DNA from: an uncultured Gemmatimonadales bacterium
Lineage (GTDB): Bacteria > Gemmatimonadota > Gemmatimonadetes > Gemmatimonadales > GWC2-71-9
Direction of reading: 5' to 3'
DNA: 64,000 bases
NCBI GenBank assembly: GCA_963695555.1
Contig: CAVOGR010000005.1
Span: forward strand, 128,001-192,000
The notes under the pieces are model-generated. The model was not told where the DNA came from and did no database searches. It was given only the letters and a program-made list of their open reading frames with translations. The position numbers and the translations under genes are program-made. This document shows, piece after piece, positions 20,739 through 30,968 of this stretch. Positions within the stretch are counted from its first letter, which is position 1; every line of letters begins with the position of its first letter.

Positions 20739-21517
20739 GGCACCTCGTCCTGCCGGTGAAACCAGTCGTCCGCGTAGTCGGCGCGCACGAAATAGAGTCC
20801 CTCGGGCGGCGCGGGCGGGCTCGTGTCTTGGTTGTGGCCGCTCTCGAGTAGGCGCTCCATGTCAGCTACCGCGCGCCGTCCCAACCCGATATCCACCATC
20901 GTGCCCACCAGCATCCGCACCATGTGATGCAGGAAACGGTTGGCGGCGATGTCCAACATCACGCCGGGCTGATCGTCGCGGGCGGCCCACGTTGCGACCC
21001 GGACGTGGCAGCGATAGTGCGGTCGCGGTGTGCCCTTGGCTGCGAACGCGCTGAAATCGTGCTCCCCGACAATCGAGCCGGCCCCAGTTCGAAGGGCCTC
21101 AAGGTCGAGAGGCCTCGCCACGGCCCATTCGTACGGGCGTCGAAACGGAGACCGGGAGGACGGATCGGTACCGATGATGTAGCGGTACTGTCGCTCGCGG
21201 GCGCTCTTCCGCGCATGGAACCCTGGGCGCATCAAATGCACCGACGCGGCCCAGCAATCCGGGGCCAGCAGGGCATTCAGCGCTCGGTGCAGGGCCTGAG
21301 GGGTCCACTTGGCCGGCACCGTGAAACTCACGCCCATGCCCGTCGCATGAACGCCCGCGTCGGTTCGCCCGGCCGCGTGGGCCACGATTCGGGTGCCGCA
21401 CAGCTCCTCGAGAACCCGTTCGACCTCGGCTTGGACCGTTCGCCCTACCGGCTGCCGTTGCCAGCCGACGAAGGCGCCGCCGGCATAGTGCAGCACGGCG
21501 AGAAAGGTCCGGCTCAT
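20726..21517 (-). CDS. truA: tRNA pseudouridine(38-40) synthase
   Basis: YAGGAFVGWQRQ, AGRTDAGVHA, FHARKSA, GEHDFSAF, NRFLHHMVR, APPEGL. Confidence 0.95.
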   Translation of the reverse strand: MSRTFLAVLHYAGGAFVGWQRQPVGRTVQAEVERVLEELCGTRIVAHAAGRTDAGVHATGMGVSFTVPAKWTPQALHRALNALLAPDCWAASVHLMRPGFHARKSARERQYRYIIGTDPSSRSPFRRPYEWAVARPLDLEALRTGAGSIVGEHDFSAFAAKGTPRPHYRCHVRVATWAARDDQPGVMLDIAANRFLHHMVRMLVGTMVDIGLGRRAVADMERLLESGHNQDTSPPAPPEGLYFVRADYADDWFHRQDEVPCSE

Positions 21518-21580
21518 CGGCGGAAACTTAGTGCCGGTCTGCTGCCCGGAGCAAGTTGCGCAACCCATTGGCATCATTGG

Positions 21581-21606
21581 AAAAAGGCCCGCTGTTGCGG
21601 GCCTTT
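21581..21606 (-). terminator. Intrinsic terminator after lexA
   Basis: Minus strand AAAGGCCCGC-AACA-GCGGGCC-TTTTT. Confidence 0.8.
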
Positions 21607-21628
21607 CGGACGGCGGGGACTCCGCCGT

Positions 21629-22237
21629 TCAGTACTTGCGGATGACGCCGACGACTTGCCCCTGGATCAGGACATCCTGCTCCTGGTACCTGAGGGGCGC
21701 GACCGTGGGGTTGGCCGGCTGGAGCCGGATCCACCCGCCCGGTTCCCGGTAGAACTTCTTGACGGTTGCCTCGCTGCCGTGGACCAGCGCGATGACCATC
21801 TCGCCATTTTCCGCCGTTTGCTTGCCGTGCACGACGACGTAGTCACCATCCAGGATGTGCTCGTCGATCATCGAGTTCCCCCGCACCTGCAGGGCGTAGT
21901 TGGGACCGCGGCGCGGCAGCATCTCGTCCGGCACGGCGATCAACTCCTCGTGCATCAGCGATTCGATGGGTGTGCCCGCGGCGACGCGACCCAACAGGGG
22001 CACCTCGGTGGCCGGCGCCGTGCCCCTGGGAGGGAGGAGCTCGATTGAGCGGCTTTCATTGTATTGCCGGGTGATATAGCCCTTGCGCTCGAGGTTCGAC
22101 AGATGTTCGTGAACGGTCGCGAGCGACTGGAACCCGAATCGGGCTGCGATCTCCTCGAAACTCGGGGCGTATCCCCGGTCGAGGATGTACTCCTGGAGGT
22201 AGGAGAGGATTTCCCGCTGCCGGCGCGTAAGCGACAT
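21629..22237 (-). CDS. lexA: SOS repressor LexA
   Basis: MSLTRRQREIL, YAPSFEEIA, HLSNLERKGYI, cleavage site VAAG, VRGNSM (catalytic Ser), ATVKK (catalytic Lys). Confidence 0.96.
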   Translation of the reverse strand: MSLTRRQREILSYLQEYILDRGYAPSFEEIAARFGFQSLATVHEHLSNLERKGYITRQYNESRSIELLPPRGTAPATEVPLLGRVAAGTPIESLMHEELIAVPDEMLPRRGPNYALQVRGNSMIDEHILDGDYVVVHGKQTAENGEMVIALVHGSEATVKKFYREPGGWIRLQPANPTVAPLRYQEQDVLIQGQVVGVIRKY

Positions 22238-22258
22238 GGTTTCCCCCGCAATGGTGTA

Positions 22259-22306
22259 CCGAAAGAATCCCGAATAGAATCTACCCGAAGGATACCCGAA
22301 AGGCAA
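22259..22306 (-). promoter_or_regulatory. lexA promoter with two candidate LexA operators
   Basis: Minus strand TTGCCT(-35)-17 nt-TAGATT(-10); TTCGG-N6-TTCGG at 22285-22300 and 22259-22274. Confidence 0.75.
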
Positions 22307-22443
22307 GAGTGGGTGTCGCGGTTGTCCCGGTCGTGGAGTGGCCGAAGGAGGCCCTAGCGCATAACTTAGTGCGATACCTCGCTTGGGGTGCCGGCCGGTT
22401 TCCCCACCTCCCCAACCCTTGGAATGCCTTAGGTCGCTTCTCG

Positions 22444-24138
22444 GTGAGTGAAGACGCACTGACGAACGGAACCGACTCGGGAATGATCCTGCCCGACACC
22501 CAGGTGCAGGAGCTCATTCGCACGCTGGTGCGGAGCCAACGTGCGTTCCAGATGTACCTCCCCAACAACCCCATCTACCACAAAGCGGTGGACAACGTCC
22601 GCGCGGCCTTCCGACCGGTGTGGGCGGCCACCGACGAGTTGGTGCTCACGGTGGCCGAGACGGACTTCGTGTGGGAGGGAATGCTGGTCTATCAGGAGAT
22701 GAGCAAGAGCGATAGCCTCGCGTGGCAGCTGTACAAGGACGGCATGCGGATCCTGACCTTCAAGCCTGGCATCCAGGACGAAGAGATCATTCGGTTCCTC
22801 CAGACCGTCAACCAGGTTCGCCTCCTGCCGCCCGACGCGGCGGATGATCTCCGGACCATTCTCTGGGAACAAGATTACCAGTTCCTAACGTATCGGTTCA
22901 CCGATCTGTTGGAGGGGCTCGAGGGGATGGAGCCCGCCGCCTCGGGCCTCACCGCGATTCCGCAGGAAGGGCTTCAGGACGAAGTTCGCCGCGATGTTCA
23001 GGAGGTGGCCCCGGGTGCCCGGCCGGGCGTGGTGGACCTCGAGGAGTTCGATTCGACGCCTTATTTCCTCGACGAGCGAGAGATCGATTTCGTGCGACAG
23101 GAAGTCCTGCGCGAATACCAGCGGGATCTCAGGAGCAGCGCCTTCAACGCGCTGTTCGATGTGTTCGAGCAGCAAGACGATGCGGAGGTCCGGGAGGAGA
23201 TCATTGGGATTCTCGATGGTCTCTTCCCGAACATGTTGAACGCCGGCGAGTTCAAGGCGTGCGCCGCCGTGTTGCGCGAAACCCGAACACTCGCGGAGCG
23301 AGTCGATGACGGATTCCGCCAGCGCCTTGCGGTATTCGACGCGCAGCTGAGTCAGCCCACGGTCGTCTCCCAGCTGCTCCAGTCGCTGGACGAGGCAGTC
23401 ACGCCGCCTCGCGAGGCGGATGTCAATGAGATTCTCCAAGAACTGCAGCCCCAAGCCCTCGAGACGGTGTTCGTCTGGTTGCCGAAGTTCAATTCGGCAA
23501 CCATGCGCCGCCTGGTGTCCGACGCGGCGGGCCGTATCGCCGAGCGCCACCCCTCCGAAGTCGTCCGATTGCTGCAGGACCACGGCAGCGCGGCGTTGCC
23601 GTCTGCAATCGCGCTCGCGGGACGCCTCAAGGTCGAGCCCGCCGTGGCCGGCCTGGCCGCCGCATTGAAGCACGACAGTTCGGACATCCGGTTTGCGGCG
23701 GTCGAGGCTCTGGGGGCCGTTGGCTCCCCGTCGGCCATGGGCAAGCTCGAACCGGCGTTGAGCGACAACGATCGGTCGGTACGCATGGCCGCGGTCCGCC
23801 TGGTCGGGGAACGGGGGTTCAAGGGCGCCTTGCCGCGCATCGAGCAAGTAGTTCTTCGCAGGGGCCACAAATCAATGGACTTCAATGAGAAGCGGGCGTT
23901 CTTCGAGGCCTACGGCTCGATTGCAGGCGCCGCGGCAGTTAAGCCGCTGGGCGCTATGCTCCGCGCGCGCGGCATCTTCCGGCGTAAGCGCAGCTCTGAG
24001 GTGCGCATGTGCGCTGCGTTGGGACTTGGCCAAGTGGGCACTCCTGAGGCCCGAGCGATTCTCGAGCGCGTGCAAGACGATCGGGACCGGCAGGTGAAGA
24101 ACGCGGTTGGTGCGGCGCTCCGGGCGGCTCGGTCGTGA
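22444..24138 (+). CDS. HEAT-repeat protein with uncharacterised N-terminal domain
   Basis: C-terminal PBS/HEAT repeats (IRFAAVEALGAVG, VRMAAVRLVG, VRMCAALGLGQVG); start uncertain (22309-22483). Confidence 0.8.
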   Translation: MSEDALTNGTDSGMILPDTQVQELIRTLVRSQRAFQMYLPNNPIYHKAVDNVRAAFRPVWAATDELVLTVAETDFVWEGMLVYQEMSKSDSLAWQLYKDGMRILTFKPGIQDEEIIRFLQTVNQVRLLPPDAADDLRTILWEQDYQFLTYRFTDLLEGLEGMEPAASGLTAIPQEGLQDEVRRDVQEVAPGARPGVVDLEEFDSTPYFLDEREIDFVRQEVLREYQRDLRSSAFNALFDVFEQQDDAEVREEIIGILDGLFPNMLNAGEFKACAAVLRETRTLAERVDDGFRQRLAVFDAQLSQPTVVSQLLQSLDEAVTPPREADVNEILQELQPQALETVFVWLPKFNSATMRRLVSDAAGRIAERHPSEVVRLLQDHGSAALPSAIALAGRLKVEPAVAGLAAALKHDSSDIRFAAVEALGAVGSPSAMGKLEPALSDNDRSVRMAAVRLVGERGFKGALPRIEQVVLRRGHKSMDFNEKRAFFEAYGSIAGAAAVKPLGAMLRARGIFRRKRSSEVRMCAALGLGQVGTPEARAILERVQDDRDRQVKNAVGAALRAARS

Positions 24139-25616
24139 GTTCTTCACACGTGCCGGGCCCCAACCAGGGCCGAGAGGACGCCGCGGTCGGCGGCGGTGAA
24201 GGGTTCCTCCGGCAGGCGGGCCGCGGACTTCTGTTCGCGCTCTACACCGCGCTTCGAAGCCTCAAGTTGTATCCGCTCGAAAATGCGACCGTTCAAAAGG
24301 CACTGAACGATCTCCTCGAGGCGACCAACGGTCTGCTGGCCCGCGAGGAGGAAATCGAGATCCGCATGGCGGGAGATTTCCTCTTCGTGAACGGGACCCG
24401 GCTCAGGCTGGAGTTGGACAACTATGCCTCCTTTAGCCAGATCCTGTCGCTCTTGCGGAGCCTCGATATCGGCACGCTGTGGATTCGCCCGGGCATCGAG
24501 CGGCGCGAGTGGCAAGTCTTCCTGAGTCTCCTGCTCAGCCTTTCCAGCCGGGAAGACTCGAGCGAGTTGCTCGGAGAGCTCTTGGAGCGGGCGGCGGCAG
24601 GCGGGGTGAAGGCGATCGACGTCGAGCCGAGAAGCGAGCGCCACGAGTTCGACGAAATGCAGCTCGCCCGGGAAATCGCCAAGCGAACGTATTCGCATGG
24701 CGTGTCGGTCACCAAGGATGTCGTCAATAGCGTCCGCATGGGCCGGGCCGCCAGCCTCAAGAAGGTGAAGCGGGCGGTGCAGATGATGGTGGACCAGGTA
24801 CTGAACAACGAGACCTCGCTGCTGGGGCTCACCACGCTGCGGGACTACGACGAATACACCTTCACCCATTCCGTCAACGTCTGCATCTTCTCGATCGCGC
24901 TGGGCCGGAAGCTCGGCCTGACGAAGCACCAGCTCTACGACCTCGGCCTGGCCGCCCTGATGCATGATGTGGGGAAGGCCCGTATTCCGTTGGAGGTGCT
25001 CAACAAGGCCGGCGGCCTCGACGAAGATGAGTGGCGGCTCATGCAGGGTCACCCCTGGATGGGGACCCTCGCATTGTTCGAATTGCGGGCCTATGAGGAG
25101 ACTCCCTACCGCTCGATCCTGGTGGCGCACGAACATCACATGAAGAAGGACCTGAGCGGCTACCCCAAGGTCATTAGGCCGCGGCAGACGGGCATTTACT
25201 CCCGGCTGGTGTCGGTGGCCGACGGGTTCGACGCGGCGACGACGCGGCGGTCGTATCAGACCGTGCCCATCGAGCCCGACGAAGTGCTCCGGGAGATGTG
25301 GACCAACCCGCGCCGGGGCTACGAGCTGGTTCTGGTCAAGGCGCTCATCAACTTGCTGGGCGTCTATCCCGTCGGTACCTGCGTCATCCTCGACACCTTC
25401 GAAGTGGCCATCGTCGCCGGTGCAGCCGAGGACCCGAAGTACCTGAACCGTCCGACCGTGTGCGTGGTCATCAACGACCAAGGGACGCCGCTGCCTCCAC
25501 CCGGTATGACCGTCGATCTGTCAGACCGCCAGCCCGACGGGAATTTCCGCCGCTCCATCGTCAAGGTCACCAACCCGGATCGATACGGCCTCACCGTTGG
25601 CGACTACTTCATCTGA
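24135..25616 (+). CDS. HD-GYP family phosphohydrolase
   Basis: [44 protein letters not shown]. Confidence 0.88.
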   Translation: MSSSHVPGPNQGREDAAVGGGEGFLRQAGRGLLFALYTALRSLKLYPLENATVQKALNDLLEATNGLLAREEEIEIRMAGDFLFVNGTRLRLELDNYASFSQILSLLRSLDIGTLWIRPGIERREWQVFLSLLLSLSSREDSSELLGELLERAAAGGVKAIDVEPRSERHEFDEMQLAREIAKRTYSHGVSVTKDVVNSVRMGRAASLKKVKRAVQMMVDQVLNNETSLLGLTTLRDYDEYTFTHSVNVCIFSIALGRKLGLTKHQLYDLGLAALMHDVGKARIPLEVLNKAGGLDEDEWRLMQGHPWMGTLALFELRAYEETPYRSILVAHEHHMKKDLSGYPKVIRPRQTGIYSRLVSVADGFDAATTRRSYQTVPIEPDEVLREMWTNPRRGYELVLVKALINLLGVYPVGTCVILDTFEVAIVAGAAEDPKYLNRPTVCVVINDQGTPLPPPGMTVDLSDRQPDGNFRRSIVKVTNPDRYGLTVGDYFI

Positions 25617-27768
25617 GTCGGCCAGGCCCGGGCCACGAGGCAGCGGCCGGATCCGACCCCCGCGCGCGGACCAGACATCCTCATCTCACGGGGTGCCGAT
25701 CCCGCTGATCCTGCGGTGGTATGCACGCTTCCTGATGGGTACGGGGGGCATCGCGGCGGCGGCCACGCTCCTGCTCGACCAGGGTTGGCAATCGGTCTGG
25801 CTGGGAACCCTGGTGACCGCTGCTGCTGTCGCCCTCCTCCGGGTTGGCCCGGTCCGGCTCAGCAAGTACTCCTACCTCACGCAGAGCGCCATCGCGACCC
25901 TGGCGGGATGCCTAATTCTCGGGCCGGGTCCCGTCGTGGTTGCCCTTACGGCCGGAGTATTCGTCTCGGACGGGCTCCTGCTGCGCAAGCCGGTCTGGGT
26001 TGCAGCCATCAATACCGGTCGCGAAGTCCTCGCCTTCGTCGCCGCGTACGGCATCTTCGCCGTCGTGTGGCGGCTGAGCGGGATGCCGGGACTGTCGCTC
26101 GATTTCCTGCCGGCCGCGTTCACGCTGGCCGTGATGTACTTCTTCATCTCGCGAGCGCTCTTCTATTTTACGCTATTGATCCGCGACAAGCTCGAGAGCG
26201 AGGAGCGGCTGCTCATTCTCCGCTACGAGGTTGTCGCCTACGTCCTGACTCTCCTGGCCACCGGAACCGTCCTCGGCGCGTATCACCTGCTCGATCGCAT
26301 GGGCTGGGTGGCGGTGCTCATCGTGTTGGGTGTGGTCGGGGCGCTGACCAAACGCATTGTGGAGGAGGCGATCGCGGCAGAGGACCTCAACAAGGTCCAC
26401 CTCATGGAAACCACCGTGGCCAGTCACGTCACTCTTCACGACTCGTTCGACCAAATCGAGCGACTGGCCACGCGTCTCCTCGACTGGGGAGATTTCCGCA
26501 TTTACCGGCTCCAACAGTCGACGCCCGAGCTGGTGTATCGCGCCACCATTGGACGCGATAATCGGACGGATCCTCCCCACGAAGCCGACGCATTGCGCCA
26601 TGAAGCGATTCGCGAGGCCAGGACGATCATCATTCACGATGTCCGAAAGGACCCGCGCATTCAGCACCCCCACCCCGATGCCCAGAGCCTGGTGTTCCTG
26701 CCGCTCCGCTTCGGGGATCAGGTGATCGGGACCCTCGAACTCGAACACCACAAGCGCCACGCCTACCGCCGGCGCGACTTGGCCGCGATGCTGACCCTGG
26801 CGAACCAGGTGGCAACGGCCATGCACATCGCTGAGCTCCGCCGGCCGCTGGTATCCACCGTGCGGCAGGTCGGCACGCAGATCCGTGCGCTGGCGGGCAT
26901 CACCGAATCGCTCCGGGCATCGGCCAGCGCGTTGGCGGGAGCCGCCACGACGATACGCGACGGCATCGCCGAAGAAGAGGCGTTCGTCACAGCCGGACTC
27001 GGCTCCACGGAACTCTTGTCCGAGGCGTCAGCGCAGATGGCTGCGGAGGGTGCCAAGGCGTCGGAGGCAAGCGGGATGGCGGCCCAGGTGGCGGCGCGCA
27101 ATCGGGAAACCATTCGCGACGCCATCGAGCGACTGGTGCAACTCAACAGTTTCGTCGGCGAGAGTTACCGCCAGGTCGCCGAGCTCGGTGCCGTGACCCG
27201 CCGGATTACCGAGTTCATCGGGTCGATCCGCGAAATCGCGGAGCTGACGAATCTGATCTCCCTCAACGCGGGAATCGAAGCGTCCCGTGCCGGTGCGGAA
27301 GGGAAGGGATTCGCCGTGGTGGCGGAAGAGGTCCGCCAGCTCGCCGGGCAGAGTTCCGAGGCGGCGCGTGAGTCCGCAACGCTGCTCAGCGCGATCTCCA
27401 CGCAAGTCGCCGAGATCTCCGAACAGATGGAGCGGGGGCAAACGGTCGTGGCGGGTGTCGAGCATCTCAGTGCCGATGCAGCGGCAGCCCTCGAAGAAAT
27501 CGTCGGATCGACCGAAGAAGCGGGCGGGCACGCCCGCCGCATTGCCGCCGGCGCCGCGGCGCAGGAGACGTCGTTCGAGCAGCTCAAGCGCAACATCGAA
27601 CACCTGGCCCAGGTGTCCCGCCAAACCGGCGCGCAGGTCGAAGCGCTCACCGACCAAGCCGCCGATGCCTCGCGCGGGCAAGTCGACCTGGAGCGTGCCA
27701 TCGTCGAGTTGCAGGAAGTGGTGTCGCAGCTCCAGGCCATCACCCAGTACTTCGATGTCGAACGCTGA
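25597..27768 (+). CDS. Methyl-accepting chemotaxis-type receptor (multi-TM + GAF + MCP domain)
   Basis: Several N-terminal TM helices; GAF-like DVRKDPR...[16 protein letters not shown]; hairpin tip [33 protein letters not shown]; start uncertain. Confidence 0.88.
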   Translation: MATTSSESARPGPRGSGRIRPPRADQTSSSHGVPIPLILRWYARFLMGTGGIAAAATLLLDQGWQSVWLGTLVTAAAVALLRVGPVRLSKYSYLTQSAIATLAGCLILGPGPVVVALTAGVFVSDGLLLRKPVWVAAINTGREVLAFVAAYGIFAVVWRLSGMPGLSLDFLPAAFTLAVMYFFISRALFYFTLLIRDKLESEERLLILRYEVVAYVLTLLATGTVLGAYHLLDRMGWVAVLIVLGVVGALTKRIVEEAIAAEDLNKVHLMETTVASHVTLHDSFDQIERLATRLLDWGDFRIYRLQQSTPELVYRATIGRDNRTDPPHEADALRHEAIREARTIIIHDVRKDPRIQHPHPDAQSLVFLPLRFGDQVIGTLELEHHKRHAYRRRDLAAMLTLANQVATAMHIAELRRPLVSTVRQVGTQIRALAGITESLRASASALAGAATTIRDGIAEEEAFVTAGLGSTELLSEASAQMAAEGAKASEASGMAAQVAARNRETIRDAIERLVQLNSFVGESYRQVAELGAVTRRITEFIGSIREIAELTNLISLNAGIEASRAGAEGKGFAVVAEEVRQLAGQSSEAARESATLLSAISTQVAEISEQMERGQTVVAGVEHLSADAAAALEEIVGSTEEAGGHARRIAAGAAAQETSFEQLKRNIEHLAQVSRQTGAQVEALTDQAADASRGQVDLERAIVELQEVVSQLQAITQYFDVER

Positions 27769-28198
27769 CGCCCCCCCGGCCTCCGGATGGGAACGCGCCT
27801 ACATTGCCCTCGGCAGCAACCTCGGCGACCGGGCCGGATACCTGGCCGCCGCGCGCGAGGCCCTGGCCCGGCTGCGCGACACCCGGCTCATCGCGGCGTC
27901 CATGGTGGAGGAGACGGCGCCGCTCGGGGTCGTGCCGCAGCCGCCCTATCTCAATCAGATGGTGCTGGTCGAGACCCGGCTGTCTCCCCGCGAGTTGCTC
28001 CACGCCTGCCGGGCCATCGAACAAGCCGCGGGCCGAATCCGCCGAATGCGATGGGAGTCGCGAACGCTGGACCTCGACCTGGTCCGATTCGGATGCCGGA
28101 CCATCACCGATCCGGAGCTGATACTTCCGCATCCCGAATTGCCCAACCGAGAGTTCTGGCAGCGGGAGCTAACCGAGCTGAGGAGCCATGACCAGTAA
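27755..28198 (+). CDS. folK: 2-amino-4-hydroxy-6-hydroxymethyldihydropteridine diphosphokinase
   Basis: [34 protein letters not shown]. Confidence 0.94.
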   Translation: MSNADAPPASGWERAYIALGSNLGDRAGYLAAAREALARLRDTRLIAASMVEETAPLGVVPQPPYLNQMVLVETRLSPRELLHACRAIEQAAGRIRRMRWESRTLDLDLVRFGCRTITDPELILPHPELPNREFWQRELTELRSHDQ

Positions 28199-29000
28199 GG
28201 CGCGCCCGATTACGACCCGTGAGTTGAGCGTCATGAAGAGCGAGGGACGTCGCATCGTCGCGTTGACATGCTACGACGCCTTGTTCGCCCGCTTGCTCGA
28301 CGCCGCGGAGATCGACATCCTCCTGGTGGGAGATTCGGTCAACCAAGTGCTGGCCGGCCGGGACTCGACCCTGAGCGCGACGCTCGATCAGATGATCTAC
28401 CATGCGGCGTCCGTCCGGCGCGGTGTGACGCGCGCGCTGGTGGTCGTCGACATGCCGTTCCTGTCCTATCAGATCTCGCTGGAAGACGCCGTCCGGAACG
28501 CGGGCCGGGTGCTCCAGGAAACCGGCGCCCAAGCCGTCAAGCTCGAGGGCGGCCACCCCATGGTGCCGACCGTTCAGGGTCTGGTCGAGCGGGGCATCCC
28601 GGTCATGGGCCACTTGGGACTCACGCCGCAATCCATCCACACCCTGGCCGGCTATCGCGTGCAAGGACGCGATACCGAAACCGCCGACCGGCTGCTCTCG
28701 GATGCCAAGGCGCTCGAGCAGGCGGGCGCCTTCAGCCTGGTGCTCGAATTGGTGCCGACCGCCCTGGCCACCCGAATTACCCAGGCGCTCACCATCCCTA
28801 CCATCGGGATCGGCGCAGGCCCCGGGTGCGACGGCCAGGTGCTCGTCCTGCACGACATGTTGGGCCTGAACCCCGAGTTTGCTCCCAAGTTCCTGAAACA
28901 CTACGCCCAGTTGGCCGATACGGTTCGAGACGCCGCGCGGCGGTTCGGTGCGGAAGTGCGCGCCGGGGAATATCCGGGCCCCGAACACGGCTTCGACTGA
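28188..29000 (+). CDS. panB: Ketopantoate hydroxymethyltransferase
   Basis: [55 protein letters not shown]. Confidence 0.96.
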   Translation: MTSKARPITTRELSVMKSEGRRIVALTCYDALFARLLDAAEIDILLVGDSVNQVLAGRDSTLSATLDQMIYHAASVRRGVTRALVVVDMPFLSYQISLEDAVRNAGRVLQETGAQAVKLEGGHPMVPTVQGLVERGIPVMGHLGLTPQSIHTLAGYRVQGRDTETADRLLSDAKALEQAGAFSLVLELVPTALATRITQALTIPTIGIGAGPGCDGQVLVLHDMLGLNPEFAPKFLKHYAQLADTVRDAARRFGAEVRAGEYPGPEHGFD

Positions 29001-29017
29001 GACGACGGGAAGCCTTC

Positions 29018-29896
29018 GTGCGAGTGATTGCCTCAGTCGATGAATTCCGTGACGCGCGACGCGCGTGGGACGCAGGCGGCCAACGAGTCGGCCTGGTCCC
29101 GACCATGGGATACCTCCACGAGGGACACCTCCGCCTCATCGACGCCGCGCGACAGCAATCCGACGTGGTCGTGGTGAGCGTGTTCGTCAATCCGCTCCAG
29201 ATTCGGTCCGTCCGAAGACTTCGAGTCCTATCCCCGCGACCTGGAGCGTGATCGCACGCTCGCAGCCGGCCGCGGGGCGACGCTCGTGTTCGCGCCCGAG
29301 ACCGGGGTCATGTACCCCGCGGACTCGGAGATGCGGGTAGTGCCGGGCCCGACCGCAGAACGTTGGGAAGGAGCCGCTCGCCCGGGGCACTTCTGGGGGT
29401 GCTCACGGTGGTCGCCAAACTCTTCAACCTGACCACTCCACATGTGGCCTGTTTCGGGCAGAAAGACTACCAGCAGCTGACCTTGATCCGCCGGATGGTG
29501 CGTGACTTGAACTGGCCGGTGGAGATCGTCGGCGTTCCCACCGTGCGGGAATCCGATGGGCTCGCTATGAGCAGCCGTAACGTGTACCTATCCCCGGAGG
29601 AACGACGCGAAGCTCTGTCGTTGAGCCAGGGCTTGTCGGCGGCGCATGATTCCTGGCGCGCGGGCCAGTCGGATGCCGCCGCGCTGGAAGCGGCCGTGCG
29701 GAGTCTCGTGGAGGTGTGTCGGCACGTGTCGCTGGAGTATATTGCCGTCGTCGATCCGGACACGCTCGAGCCGCTCGCGCGGGTCGACGATCGATCGGTC
29801 GTCGCCGTGGCCGCGCGGGTCGGCCGGACACGGTTGATTGACAACATTATCCTTGGAGCCGGGATCTCCGGATCGCATGCACCCGCAGCACGCTAG
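29018..29896 (+). CDS. panC: Pantoate--beta-alanine ligase (two indels)
   Basis: [17 protein letters not shown](F), [27 protein letters not shown]; frame changes near 29200 and 29395. Confidence 0.9.
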
Positions 29897-29965
29897 GAGC
29901 CTGATGCCAAGCGCACCCATCTGCGACACCGGGTCCCACGCGGGCGTCACGGCCGGTCAGGGTCC

Positions 29966-30554
29966 GTGACTCGGGCGCGCTCCTCCGCTCCGCAACTTCG
30001 GCCAACCCTGCCGGAATGGGCCATGATTTCGCCACAACGCCTGGAGCACGTCGAGCAGGTGGCGGAGCTCCTCGTGACCTGGGCGCACGAGCTCGGGGTG
30101 CCGGACTCCGAACGCAATCGCTGGCTCAGGGCGGCCTGGCTGCACGATGCCCTCCGCGATGCGCCGCTCGAGGAGCTCGAACATTGGGCACCGTCCGCCA
30201 CCGGCCCGGTTTTGCTGCGGCACGGTCCGGCCGCGGCAGGCCGCGCCAAGGCCGAAGGGGAAACGGACCGCGGCGTGCTCGATGCCGTGCGATACCATTC
30301 GCTCGGCCTCGCCGAGTGGGACATGGTAGGACGGATGCTCTATTGCGCCGATTATCTCGAGCCCGGCCGGTCCTTTGATCGGCCGGCGCGCGCCCGAGCT
30401 TGCCGAGCGGCTGCCGCGGGACGTGTCGGGCGTGCTGCGCGAAGTGGCGCGCGCACGCGTGCTTCACGTGATTCAGTCGGGCTGGATCCTTCCCGAACCG
30501 ACGGTGCGTTTTTGGAACTCCCTCTTCCCATACCCCGCCGCCGACTCGGCCTGA
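29966..30554 (+). CDS. HD-domain hydrolase, YqeK-like (indel near 30393)
   Basis: RLEHVEQV, AWLHDA, HGPAAA, AVRYHSLG, LYCADYLEPGR; continues in another frame to ...FWNSLFPYPAADSA*. Confidence 0.75.
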
Positions 30555-30922
30555 TCGTCGCGGGGCTTCTCGCAGTCCTCATGGTGGTCGCCGCCACGAT
30601 GCGGCTGTGGCCGAGGCCCGATCACGTCGAAGGGCATTCCTACCCGATTCCCTCCGGCGCGGACGGGCGGCTCGTTGAGGTGTTGAACGGCACCGACCGG
30701 ATGGGGCTCGCACGGATCTCCACTCGGCAGTTGAGACGCGCCGGCTTCGATGTGGTCCTTTTCCGGAACGCGCCGGAACTCGCGGATAGCACCGACATCC
30801 TGGTGCGCCGCGGAGCGGTGACCGACGGGGAACGAATTCGAGCCGTGCTCGGTGTGGGCCGCGTTCGCCTGGAGGTCGATACCCTGCGGAGGGTCGATGT
30901 GAGCGTCGTCCTCGGCGAGTGA
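30512..30922 (+). CDS. LytR C-terminal domain membrane protein
   Basis: TM helix then VEVLNGTDRMGLA...LRRAGFDV...DVSVVLG; the real end may be 30953 if the TGA arises from an indel. Confidence 0.75.
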   Translation: MELPLPIPRRRLGLIVAGLLAVLMVVAATMRLWPRPDHVEGHSYPIPSGADGRLVEVLNGTDRMGLARISTRQLRRAGFDVVLFRNAPELADSTDILVRRGAVTDGERIRAVLGVGRVRLEVDTLRRVDVSVVLGE

Positions 30923-30968
30923 TTACGATCCCGCGGACGAACTCCATCCATAGTCTTGTTGCCTCGAA

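Noticed and set aside
22238..22459. N-terminal extension of LexA (ORF 21629..22459)
   Set aside because: ATG 22237 has an RBS-like GGGG and matches the normal LexA start; the extension spans the promoter and operator region.
29018..30953. Broken panC and an HD-LytR_C fusion (ORF 29966..30922)
   Set aside because: Single-base corrections restore normal PanC and separate HD and LytR_C genes, so this is treated as sequencing error.
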